Shown here piece by piece: positions 26,647-36,211 of a DNA stretch of 64,000 bases. The stretch spans positions 20-64,019 of the forward strand of contig JBDLIQ010000004.1 in assembly GCA_039714775.1 (NCBI GenBank). Reading direction: 5' to 3'. The notes beneath the pieces are model-generated. The model did no database searches, was not told the origin of the DNA, and saw nothing but the letters and a program-made list of their open reading frames with translations. The translations under genes and the position numbers were made by a program. Source of the DNA: Bacteroidota bacterium. GTDB lineage: Bacteria > Bacteroidota > Bacteroidia > Bacteroidales > GCA-2748055. Positions within the stretch are counted from its first letter, which is position 1, and every line of letters starts with the position of its first letter.

Positions 26647-29600
26647 CTAATATCCTCCAGAATAGATCAATCTGTAACTCCCCGAATAGCCATTTCCGGT
26701 TACTTTAATCAGGTAAACACCATCTTTAAGATGAAGTTGTTGCAAGCTTATTGTAGTTTTTACCGGGTGGGTCTCCCTGTATACCAGGGTGCCGGTTATT
26801 GAGTAAATTGCGATGTCGATCTTTTCAAACTGCCTGTCGCTGATCACCTGCACATTAATCCTGTCACTGGTTGGGTTTGGATACAACCTCACCTTTGTAG
26901 CCGGACTGTTCAGGAGGTGATTGTTTGCAAGAATGGGTTCATCTGCAAATGGGGAACCACCTGTATGCACAGAGTGTCTCCAGTATTCGGACTGACCGGG
27001 GTTGTCAACCGGACTCCGGATAGCTGAAACCATCGAATAACCGTAACCATCAGCCATTTCAGGCCAGGGCATCTGGTCGTTGTAGATGAAATGGATAATT
27101 GAGTTGCCCGCAGAATCCCGCAGCAGTACCTCTTCGCCGTCATTGGAGAAATATCCTTCATAATTGCCGGATGTCTTCATTCCATACCGGTCATAGAATT
27201 TCGTTGTTTTTGAGCTGACCACATAAAACGCTCCGGGATTTAGCACCTCATTTTCGGAAAATTCGTAATAGATTGCCGAATCGAGAACCAGGCCACCCAG
27301 GTGAATTGCCTCATTACCAGTGTTTTTAAACTCAATGAACTCATATTTTTTCCCGTTAATGGTATCAGGACCGATGATACTATCTAAAGGATGGTAATGC
27401 AATTCAGTTACTTTGAGCGATGAGAAATCTTCATCTGATTTGAGGAAACGAACCTGCTTTAAAGGTCCCCACACTCCGTACTCATATGCCCTGGCCTTCA
27501 GTATGGTAGTTGATTTGATCAGCAGTGATTCAGTTCTCTCCTCAAAGATTACAGCGCTATCAGAAACACTCCCCCCGATCTCCCTGGGATCCGTTCCGTC
27601 TGTGGCATAACAGAGAACACCGACAGAAGTTGGATTGCTGATGGATATGGACAGGGGGTCTCTGAAGTAGTAGTTTAAGGTCTGAACGGGGATCCCGTTA
27701 ATACCCACAACAGGAGCATCCATATCAGAGTAAAGCCCGACTGACCTGAGCTGTTCCATCACCACAGCTGTTCGTTCCGGGAAATATGCATGCTCAATTT
27801 TTTGAATCTCTGGCAACCAGTTGTCGTCTCTTGTAAAGGATTCGCTACGTCCCCTGGCGTCGCCCCAACGGGCCGATTCGGCAATGATCGCTGTATCAAT
27901 TTGTGAGACCCTGCTATTAAACCTGTTCAACGCGTTTTCCGGTGACAATGTTCCCCCGGGACTAAGATGCAGAGAGGCCTTGTCGGAAAACCTTTGCATG
28001 TACTCCTGGTTAAATGTGAGTTTATGATGCAACCATTGAGGGTGAAATTCCTTAAAGGCATTGACCACCATATTTCTACCATCTGTTCTGTACGCCAGAC
28101 CTACTCTGCTGTCATTTACTCCAAGTAAGGTGTGCTCTGCATCATGTGAGAAGAACCGATACCCTTCGGACTTATTCTCTCTGTTATAAATGCCATAAAA
28201 ATTATTGGGATGCTTATTGCTCAAAAATTCAGATACAGGAGCATCCATATTTCCGGTATAGAATATTGTAAGCATGTATTCGATCAGGTTATCAATATCA
28301 ACCAGGGTAGTCGCTCCCTGAATGTGATCTCCGTTTTCATCCTTTCCTTCTAGTGCAAAATAGCTTTCGTTGTCTGCAAACCCAAACACCGTTTTGTTAT
28401 GCAGCTCTATCCAGGAGTTGAGGGTTCCGTCAGTGACGATTGCGTCATAGATCAGGGCTTCCACTTTAACCACATCATAATCGCCGGAGTTACCTCCCAG
28501 GTAGTCAGCCGCATAATCTGCCTCGGATCTCTCCTGGGTCTGGTAGAGTCCCCAGTACATGCCATTCAGATAGAGGTGATAATAGCGACTTCTGGTATAG
28601 GGCTGTCCCATGTCCCGTTGCGTATCGCGCGAAAAAACCTCCTTCACCATGGTGTTGCGGCCATCTCCGTTACTCCAGGCATAGTTCTGGGCGGTTCGCA
28701 GATCAATGTTATCAAATCGTTCGACCCCTTCATCTCCAAAGAGAGGGAAATGCAGTTTTGCATTACCATACACCTCCTTAAATAGCAATCGGAAGCTGTG
28801 CTTTGGAAACTCAGGTGCCCGGCTGAATCCACCGCGTATGCGCAGACCGGCATTGACGCTAAAGCCGTCACTTCCATCCGGGTTAACCAGTTCAACGGAA
28901 CACTCCCTTTCCCACGCTACTCCGTCATTGCGGGCATTGACATAGATGCCGGTAACCGGGTTAAAGAGGTTGTCGTTGCCGGTGATGATGGAGATGGAAG
29001 GTATCTCCCGAAATGCATCATCAATAGATGCTGCATAGTCAGGATGGGTGATAATCCTGGAATCAACTTCCAGGTCAATGGTTTGACCGTTGATACTCCC
29101 CACGGGCCAGTCACCGCCCGGGTGATCCTGCTTTTTCACCTCTTCCAGGAAAATAAATGTACGTGATCGGGGTTTTGAAGGCTTATAACCCTCCATCACA
29201 ACTGATGCCCTGAGAACCACAGCCGGTGTTTGGGCACGGCCGGAAGTGCTTTCCGGATCAATATAGATGTTGGCCAAAGAGTCGCTGGTGAATGATGTGA
29301 CCGAATTTTGCGGATTACTTCCATCCAGGGTGTATACAATGTTTGCACCAGGTGCAGGCGTACTGACTGAACAGGTAAATGGCGCATCATAGAATCCCGA
29401 TGGCTGATCAAAGTGAATACCAAGCGTGTCGGGATACCCGGGGAAGATGGGAGTTGCATTGATCTGAACATCGAAATGAAAATCGGAACTGGTCAGTCCA
29501 ATATTGAATCCCTGAACAGCCAGGTAATTGATACCCTCAGAGAGTTCTACTACGGAGGTGTCCACTGTAAACTGTTCAAAGCTGCCCGACTCATGACCAA

Positions 29601-30015
29601 TAGGTGCAAACGAATTATAGAGAGGGGATGAAGGGGCATTTACAGACAGCACCTCTTTACCGTTTATCCACAGAATAAAACCATCGTCATAATTGATGCT
29701 GAAGACCACTTCACTCAATGCCTCAGCATTCATGCACTCAAAAGAGGAGCGAAGGTACATGGTGGAATAGTTGTTTGGCATATCATCCAGCAGGGTACCG
29801 CCATTTCCATCGCCATACCAGAATGGTGCAGCTCCCGTGGACCAGTGACTGTCATCAAATCCGGGGAGCATCCAGATGGCCGGAAGATCGGTTGCAAGGC
29901 TTCCCTTCAGATATTGAAAATCTGATTGAGAAGGGAAGTTCACCTGCGCCTGCAGATGGGTTATTTTAAATAGAAGTAAGAGGAGAATGAAAGTCATTCT
30001 CATTGGGTTGTGCAT
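26647..30015 (-). CDS. CotH-family (atypical kinase fold) protein with lamin-tail domain and T9SS C-terminal domain
   Basis: ATG start and signal peptide. The CotH-like core reads KHSFRLLFKEVYGNAKLHFPLFG...VFSRDTQRDMGQPYTRSRYYHLYLNGMYWGLYQTQER. The LTD-like segment reads LKVTELHYHP...YEFIEFKNTGNEAIHLGGLVL. There are chitobiase-C-like segments (IVYTLDGSNP; CYATDGTDP). The C-terminus is LYPNPTSDRINV...GVYLIKV. Confidence 0.7.
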   Translation of the reverse strand: MHNPMRMTFILLLLLFKITHLQAQVNFPSQSDFQYLKGSLATDLPAIWMLPGFDDSHWSTGAAPFWYGDGNGGTLLDDMPNNYSTMYLRSSFECMNAEALSEVVFSINYDDGFILWINGKEVLSVNAPSSPLYNSFAPIGHESGSFEQFTVDTSVVELSEGINYLAVQGFNIGLTSSDFHFDVQINATPIFPGYPDTLGIHFDQPSGFYDAPFTCSVSTPAPGANIVYTLDGSNPQNSVTSFTSDSLANIYIDPESTSGRAQTPAVVLRASVVMEGYKPSKPRSRTFIFLEEVKKQDHPGGDWPVGSINGQTIDLEVDSRIITHPDYAASIDDAFREIPSISIITGNDNLFNPVTGIYVNARNDGVAWERECSVELVNPDGSDGFSVNAGLRIRGGFSRAPEFPKHSFRLLFKEVYGNAKLHFPLFGDEGVERFDNIDLRTAQNYAWSNGDGRNTMVKEVFSRDTQRDMGQPYTRSRYYHLYLNGMYWGLYQTQERSEADYAADYLGGNSGDYDVVKVEALIYDAIVTDGTLNSWIELHNKTVFGFADNESYFALEGKDENGDHIQGATTLVDIDNLIEYMLTIFYTGNMDAPVSEFLSNKHPNNFYGIYNRENKSEGYRFFSHDAEHTLLGVNDSRVGLAYRTDGRNMVVNAFKEFHPQWLHHKLTFNQEYMQRFSDKASLHLSPGGTLSPENALNRFNSRVSQIDTAIIAESARWGDARGRSESFTRDDNWLPEIQKIEHAYFPERTAVVMEQLRSVGLYSDMDAPVVGINGIPVQTLNYYFRDPLSISISNPTSVGVLCYATDGTDPREIGGSVSDSAVIFEERTESLLIKSTTILKARAYEYGVWGPLKQVRFLKSDEDFSSLKVTELHYHPLDSIIGPDTINGKKYEFIEFKNTGNEAIHLGGLVLDSAIYYEFSENEVLNPGAFYVVSSKTTKFYDRYGMKTSGNYEGYFSNDGEEVLLRDSAGNSIIHFIYNDQMPWPEMADGYGYSMVSAIRSPVDNPGQSEYWRHSVHTGGSPFADEPILANNHLLNSPATKVRLYPNPTSDRINVQVISDRQFEKIDIAIYSITGTLVYRETHPVKTTISLQQLHLKDGVYLIKVTGNGYSGSYRLIYSGGY

Positions 30016-30038
30016 GTTTTCTATATCTTCTAAGATTT

Positions 30039-32636
30039 CTAAAGCAGTTGTAATATGTCATTCCCAATACCGATGTGATAACCCTCAGAGTGATAAATAA
30101 TCTCTCCCTTTGGATTGGCGATGAAGATTTCAGGCAGGACTCCTTTTCTATTGTTGTCCATTGTGATTTTCAGAAGATCCCCGGGGTCTGCATCAGTAGT
30201 CCTGAAAATGGTCCTGTAGGGTAGATCGGGATAATCCTCAACCTTGAAGGTTGCAGGCAGTTCCCTCTTTTGAAGCAGAAAAATGATGGTATTATTCAAT
30301 TTGTCAAAATCCTTTTGAATTCTTTGAATATCATTTAAGACATGTTTCGAAGGTTCTCTCCCCGCTTCAATAACCGCGATAACGATATTCGATTGCTCCC
30401 GCCATGCCCGTGTTCTTTCATTTTTGTCGTTGATGAGCCGGGCCAGCTCCCTGCGACTCAGATGGCCCTGGATCTCAATATGCTCTTTACCCTCAGGGAA
30501 GTCTAATCCAATGATGGTCTCTCCCGAAATCTTAAGGAACTGCATATCAACCAGGATTCTCCCTGATGATAACCTGTTGGAGGTAATCAGTCGGTAGAGA
30601 CCTTCTCTTAACTGAAAATCTTCAATTTTGTCAATATCAACATATTCACCCAGATCAAGTGTCTTGAAACGGCTGTTTTCAAATCTTGCCAGACTAAAAT
30701 GATGATAATATTGTGGCGTAAATGTCAGGTTCTTATTGTTGGCCTGAAACCTGACATCAAATTTTTTGTATTGCTCCGGTTTACCGTCGAAGTGAACATC
30801 AATCCATTGATTATTAGAAAGATACTGAGGAGTGCCTGTTCCCGGTTCTAAACGTCCGGCTATACCTGAAGTCCGACACACTGCCACAAAGAATATGTCG
30901 CGCGACTTGCTGTCAGATACCCTGAGTTTGTGAACTCCAACCGGCGTAATGGGTAGAGCGTAAGACTGTGCATCATCTTTTATTGTAATACTGTCTGTTA
31001 CCCAGGCGATAACATGATGGACATCATTGTTAAACAGCGGATCTAACTCGTCTGATAGATAGCCTCTGTATGCCAGCAGCATTTCGTTGGCAACTCTTGG
31101 ATTCAGGATATATTTTACAAATATCTCAGGGGAGAAATGATCGGCAAACTGTAAAGAGTGACTTAAATGGTCGTTAAGAATAGCTGCTTTCGTATCGCGC
31201 AGGTCTTTTGATGCAATCACATGAAGCATAGATTCTATCCATTCCACATCTTGATTCTCAACTATAAAATCGATTATCTCCTGGTAATTACCACGACTCT
31301 CTTTAATGTATTTCCATAGTTTCTCATCTCCGCTGTTATCAAGGAACGCCTCCCTGGAGATAAATGTAGAGACATAATTGTTTCGAATAGAATCTTCGTC
31401 ATGAAGCCTTCTCCTGTTTTCTGTAATTTGTTCTTCGGTGAGGTGAATGTGATGAAAATCGGATGCTGCAGGCGGCATGATCTCCCAATGGATATCTTCA
31501 AATTCCGGGTTTGATAAGGTGACAGTCACGGTGTCTTTCTCTCCAATCCGAATTTTCCGAAAACCATATTGATCCGCACTGCTTGCCCAGATCAGGAGCT
31601 CTCCATAACCTGTGATCAGCGATGAGACTCCGTTGTGATCACTCCTTTTTGTAGCGAGGGAGTAAAACTCTGCATAGTTGTACAGTTGGTACTCAATTTT
31701 CACATTAGGAACGGGATGGCCATCTGTATCAACAATTTTAATCTGTTGCCTGAATGTTCTGGCATATCTCTCCAGCACATTTGTATCGAAATATTGCGAT
31801 GTGAGAACATTTACCTCTTCCATATCCTGGTATTCTCCATACACCCTTGCATGAACCAGCATCGCTCTGCTTGCCGCCTCATTGAACCATCCCAGGTTCA
31901 GAACAGGCTCAGGCTCACATGCCCCCAAAAACATCCATTCACCATCGATCCATACCTCTACCCAGGCGTGGTTGTCATCGGAATGTGCCCAACGTGGTGA
32001 ATAGACCTGTCGGGCCGGAATGCAGACCGAACGTAAAGCAGCAACGGTAAATGTTGATTCTTCACCACATCTCCCATAGGCTGTCTTCATGGTTGCCAGG
32101 GGAGAAGAGGTTCTGATGTCAGCAGGCCGGTACTCCACTTTTTCATGACACCAGTGATTCACCTCCAAAGCAGCATCATACATCGATAATCCCTCTATAC
32201 GTTCTTTCAGTTCGTTAAAGATGACAACACGTGAACTGTCCAGGTTCTCATTATTAATTCTGTGCGGCAGAATGAAGTGCCTGAAAATGTCATCGGGAAT
32301 ATCCTTTGCCCACCCAATTTCGTTTCGGGCTTTTAGTGTTATTCTGACATGTTGAAGATAAAAGTCCCCTGTATAATCAGCCAGATCACTTAAGGGCATA
32401 TAAGCGTACAGAAACTTTAGAGCATCTGATTCCTGTTCTGTTAAATCCTTATTAAAAACGTCAAATAGATCTTTTGTTCTATACCTGGCAAGCTTTTTTG
32501 TCTCCTGAAATTTTTCATTCACGCTTAACGCATCCTGCGATTCGGTTCTTCTGTTTTGCACGCATGAGGTCACACCAAACAGCGTCACCATTACAAATGG
32601 AAGTATGATTGTTCTTTTCAGTGCGGATAGTTTCAT
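30039..32636 (-). CDS. Transglutaminase-like (papain-fold Cys-His-Asp core) lipoprotein with long C-terminal extension
   Basis: ATG start and lipoprotein signal LFGVTSC. The core reads YGRCGEESTFTVAALRSVCIPARQVYSPRWAHSDDNHAWVEVWIDGEWMFLGACEP, a transglutaminase-like Cys ... His ... arrangement. Confidence 0.75.
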   Translation of the reverse strand: MKLSALKRTIILPFVMVTLFGVTSCVQNRRTESQDALSVNEKFQETKKLARYRTKDLFDVFNKDLTEQESDALKFLYAYMPLSDLADYTGDFYLQHVRITLKARNEIGWAKDIPDDIFRHFILPHRINNENLDSSRVVIFNELKERIEGLSMYDAALEVNHWCHEKVEYRPADIRTSSPLATMKTAYGRCGEESTFTVAALRSVCIPARQVYSPRWAHSDDNHAWVEVWIDGEWMFLGACEPEPVLNLGWFNEAASRAMLVHARVYGEYQDMEEVNVLTSQYFDTNVLERYARTFRQQIKIVDTDGHPVPNVKIEYQLYNYAEFYSLATKRSDHNGVSSLITGYGELLIWASSADQYGFRKIRIGEKDTVTVTLSNPEFEDIHWEIMPPAASDFHHIHLTEEQITENRRRLHDEDSIRNNYVSTFISREAFLDNSGDEKLWKYIKESRGNYQEIIDFIVENQDVEWIESMLHVIASKDLRDTKAAILNDHLSHSLQFADHFSPEIFVKYILNPRVANEMLLAYRGYLSDELDPLFNNDVHHVIAWVTDSITIKDDAQSYALPITPVGVHKLRVSDSKSRDIFFVAVCRTSGIAGRLEPGTGTPQYLSNNQWIDVHFDGKPEQYKKFDVRFQANNKNLTFTPQYYHHFSLARFENSRFKTLDLGEYVDIDKIEDFQLREGLYRLITSNRLSSGRILVDMQFLKISGETIIGLDFPEGKEHIEIQGHLSRRELARLINDKNERTRAWREQSNIVIAVIEAGREPSKHVLNDIQRIQKDFDKLNNTIIFLLQKRELPATFKVEDYPDLPYRTIFRTTDADPGDLLKITMDNNRKGVLPEIFIANPKGEIIYHSEGYHIGIGNDILQLL

Positions 32637-32668
32637 AAGTCCCTGAATTTTTCATCCCCGGAAAGCGG

Positions 32669-35600
32669 TTACTGGTAGATGGCTTTCAGGGTATGTATGG
32701 TTTCACTGGTTTCTATGCGAATGAGATAGAGTCCGGGTTTTGCGCCTGATTCAGCAGGAGTCCAGTTCATACGGTGGTTTCCGGCAGGCAATGTATGGTT
32801 TTTTAATACATCAATGACCTTTCCTGACATTGAGATCACTGAAATATGCACATGATCACTTGCCGATGATCTGTATTCAATGGTTGTCATATCATGAAAA
32901 AGGGTTGGATAGATGCTCGCTGAAGATGTAATTTGCCTGTTTAAGATCCCGTCACCTATACCCACAAACTGACTGTTTACTATACAGGGGGTACCGTTGG
33001 TTGATGAAGCCCTCCAGCTTTCGGGAAGGGTATTGTCAAGATCCGGGTTTATCAACTCAAGGGTAGCCCCGCTCCCGTTGGGCCCGGTGGGCCATGGAGG
33101 CTCACTTTCAAATCTTACAAAATCATGAAGTCCGCCTGATTCATCAAACAGAGCGACGGCATCTCCGTTTCTGCTCAGGCCAAAATCAAAATCGCCAAGA
33201 AGAGGTTGTCGCTCGGGAAAAATCCTTCTGAAATCAGCCCTGCTTCTGCCCATGACCATGTACCCGTTCTGAGGGATCGTGGTACCCGGCTGAATGGTAT
33301 AGTATACGCCGGAGGAGCCATCTGAAAGTCTCCAGGCAGAAAGATCCACTGCAACTTCCGAATTGTTATAGAGCTCAATCCAGTCATCGGTATCTCTTTC
33401 CGGGTCAGCATAGTAGTTGATCTCATTGATCACAACATCCACCTCTGCATCCGGAACCTCCTCAAACAGCGCTGTAAAGGTTCCTGTTGTGTGCATATCA
33501 AAATCTATGGTTTTTGAAACGGATGTTACACTACCCTCCCAGCGTGAAAACCTGTATCCCGGAGCGGGAATGGCTTCAAGCTGAATGGGAACATCCGTAA
33601 AATAGATTCCCTGAAACGGATAGGCTTCTGGAACAATGGAGTTCACCCTGATGCTGCCACCGTCAGGATCTGAAACATAAACAGTGATATCTGAGGTAGT
33701 GGTCAGGTTAAACTGTTCTATGATGAATCCCCTCATATAGTGCGACCGGTTATTGAGGAAATTTTGGATCAGGGCCAGGTGGTTGTTCCAATTGGTCACG
33801 GAACCTCCCCATTTTTCAAAATGGTACGGGGCCTCACTGCTGATCCGGCGTCTGAAATTGTAGACCACAGGAACAATATTTTCTGGCAGGAAGTCGCTGT
33901 TCATGCGGTCTGCCATCTGGTTAATGAAGGAGTTTCGGAATCCGGCATTAACAATCAGGGAGTTAAACAGCTCGGTCGACCATTCCGCGTTAATCCAGGG
34001 ATGTTCAGACTCTATTCCCATGGAGAACTTAAGTGTATTGAATGTATAGGTTCTTTGATTTGGCAGATCATAACCAAAGTCTGTGTCATAGAGAATCCAC
34101 CGAAATAGGGAGCCGGGTGCCTGTGTGTTCCAGAATTTAATATTATGCTGGGGCCAGTCCCAATTATCGAGATAGACCTCAAGCAACCAGTAACGGATGT
34201 AGTTATCCACATCCATCATCCCTTTAACCGTGTTGTAATTATTCTCATATTGAAGGTTATGGGTAGTGGCAAAACTGATCAGTTTATCCCAGGATGTCCG
34301 GCTTCCCGACATCAGTGATGCATTGTCCTGAAATATATTTACATCCTCAGTATGCACGTGATGGTTGGAGGCTACAAAATGCTCGTTCAGCTTCTCCCTT
34401 ATATTCATGATCCCCCAGTACTCCCCGTTCAGGTAGAGAACGGACGGTCGGTAGCCCTGGTGATCTACATTCAATTTCCCGGCCAGGTAGCCTGAGATTG
34501 CATCCCTGAACATGCCATTGGTGTAGTCACCACCATTGTTCCGGAGAATAAAGGTTTCGAATTTTTCAATATTTTTTTCAGGAAACAGGGGATATGAGAA
34601 ACTCCCTTTACCATACGCACTTCTGGCATAGAAGGCGAATGGTTTTAGGGCCAGGCACCTGGTCGAACCACCATAAATTTTTATTCCTGCATTCTGCCCG
34701 ATCAACTGCTGACCATGTGCATCAGATATATCAAGATAAACCGGCTTTTCCCAGTCCTGCCAGAAATTTGCCCCGTAATACGGCCAATCGGGAGCGGCAT
34801 TGGGCCCCATCTCATAGATCCCTGTATGGTAATCAAAAAGATTTGCCGGATCAGTAGCGACCGAAACACGTGTAATATCATGTTTCCGGCCCTTAAAAAA
34901 GGTTCTGGTCGTAACTGTTCCCGGCAGATATCCGGATCTTAGAATTCTTGCACGAATCACCTGGGTGGTGGTAATATCTAACTCACCCGTATATACTTCA
35001 GATCCGGAATCGGGCTCGGAACCATCTGAAGTAAAATAGATGGTGTCATTGGCATCCCGGGTAACCATCTGCAGCGAGGTGGAATCACTCTCCTCACCCG
35101 TAATCAGAAACTCCACGGAATCCATAAAATAGCCCGAAGAGACAGATGTGCTGTTCTCAGAACCGGGTGTGGGCTGGTCAAAATATCCAAATTGAGTCTG
35201 ATCAGAGGGTAGCCTGCCATAGGAACGATCGGGTGGGAGAGAGATCATGGAGATTGAATCAATGATCAAACCCGCTCCATCTGAAAGATAGATCGCCTCG
35301 CCCTCCGAAGCAATTTTAAAATTTGTGTGTGGATAAACATTCATCACAACGATATACGGATTACCCAACGTAAGGTCTTCCCGGATCTGACTGAATCCCA
35401 GCAGGAAAAAGGGTATGGAGGTCATGTCTGAAGAGGTTGCACCTGCATTATGAACCTCGATGGCAAGTACATTCTCACCCTCCTGCAGGAGATCCAGATG
35501 GTTTGAAAGGTAAAAAGAATCAGGGGGATCACCGTTATACATGACCGCTTCATGACCAGTGAGACTGGGTTGATCGAAACCAAATGCAACACCGGAATCT

Positions 35601-36211
35601 CCCATGGAGGCACTCCGCGCGATCTCAGATCCGTTCAGATAGGCAATAAACCCATCATCGTAATCCATAAACAGGGCAGCATGGGTCACCTCGCTCAAAT
35701 CTGAAATATTGAAGGTCTTTTGCATATAGAGGGAGATGGTTTGCCCGATAAGGGTGGAGTCGTCTCCATCGTTATAGCCAATACCACTCTTTCCGACAGA
35801 CCAGTCAGTTGTTGCAGCGGAAGAGGATTTCCAGGAATCATCAATCTCTGCTTCTGGTACCATATACCTCCACTGATCTCCTACATTGATGATGGTATGC
35901 CAGTAGGAGGGGTCGGATTGCAGGCCTCTTCCTGAAGCAAAAGCCACGAAATATCCACCTCCCGGAAGATCAACATGAGGCAGGTTCCACTTGTTTAACT
36001 CCTCTATGTTATCTGATAACCAGTAATTTCCCAGCTCTACATCTTCATCTCCGGGATTATAAATTTCAATCCAGTCCGGATGCTCTCCGAACTGATCCTC
36101 CAGGATGGTAAAATTGTAGGACATCATCTCATTCAGCAGAAGCTGGGAATAGCTGTCCGCAGCTATTAATGAGAGCAGTAAAATGAAAATTATTGGGGTT
36201 CTTCTTTCCAT
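32669..36211 (-). CDS. CotH-family protein with two or more lamin-tail domains and T9SS C-terminal domain
   Basis: The ATG at 36211 directly abuts the upstream TAA (36212-36214). LTD-like segments are LLLNEMMS...HPDWIEIYNPGDEDVELGNYWLSDN and VVINEINYYADPERDTDDWIELYNNSEVAVDLSAWRLSDG. The CotH-like core reads FILRNNGGDYTNGMFRDAISGYLAGKLNVDHQGYRPSVLYLNGEYWGIMNIREK. The C-terminus is IYPTLFHDMTTIEY...GLYLIRI. Confidence 0.7.
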   Translation of the reverse strand: MERRTPIIFILLLSLIAADSYSQLLLNEMMSYNFTILEDQFGEHPDWIEIYNPGDEDVELGNYWLSDNIEELNKWNLPHVDLPGGGYFVAFASGRGLQSDPSYWHTIINVGDQWRYMVPEAEIDDSWKSSSAATTDWSVGKSGIGYNDGDDSTLIGQTISLYMQKTFNISDLSEVTHAALFMDYDDGFIAYLNGSEIARSASMGDSGVAFGFDQPSLTGHEAVMYNGDPPDSFYLSNHLDLLQEGENVLAIEVHNAGATSSDMTSIPFFLLGFSQIREDLTLGNPYIVVMNVYPHTNFKIASEGEAIYLSDGAGLIIDSISMISLPPDRSYGRLPSDQTQFGYFDQPTPGSENSTSVSSGYFMDSVEFLITGEESDSTSLQMVTRDANDTIYFTSDGSEPDSGSEVYTGELDITTTQVIRARILRSGYLPGTVTTRTFFKGRKHDITRVSVATDPANLFDYHTGIYEMGPNAAPDWPYYGANFWQDWEKPVYLDISDAHGQQLIGQNAGIKIYGGSTRCLALKPFAFYARSAYGKGSFSYPLFPEKNIEKFETFILRNNGGDYTNGMFRDAISGYLAGKLNVDHQGYRPSVLYLNGEYWGIMNIREKLNEHFVASNHHVHTEDVNIFQDNASLMSGSRTSWDKLISFATTHNLQYENNYNTVKGMMDVDNYIRYWLLEVYLDNWDWPQHNIKFWNTQAPGSLFRWILYDTDFGYDLPNQRTYTFNTLKFSMGIESEHPWINAEWSTELFNSLIVNAGFRNSFINQMADRMNSDFLPENIVPVVYNFRRRISSEAPYHFEKWGGSVTNWNNHLALIQNFLNNRSHYMRGFIIEQFNLTTTSDITVYVSDPDGGSIRVNSIVPEAYPFQGIYFTDVPIQLEAIPAPGYRFSRWEGSVTSVSKTIDFDMHTTGTFTALFEEVPDAEVDVVINEINYYADPERDTDDWIELYNNSEVAVDLSAWRLSDGSSGVYYTIQPGTTIPQNGYMVMGRSRADFRRIFPERQPLLGDFDFGLSRNGDAVALFDESGGLHDFVRFESEPPWPTGPNGSGATLELINPDLDNTLPESWRASSTNGTPCIVNSQFVGIGDGILNRQITSSASIYPTLFHDMTTIEYRSSASDHVHISVISMSGKVIDVLKNHTLPAGNHRMNWTPAESGAKPGLYLIRIETSETIHTLKAIYQ

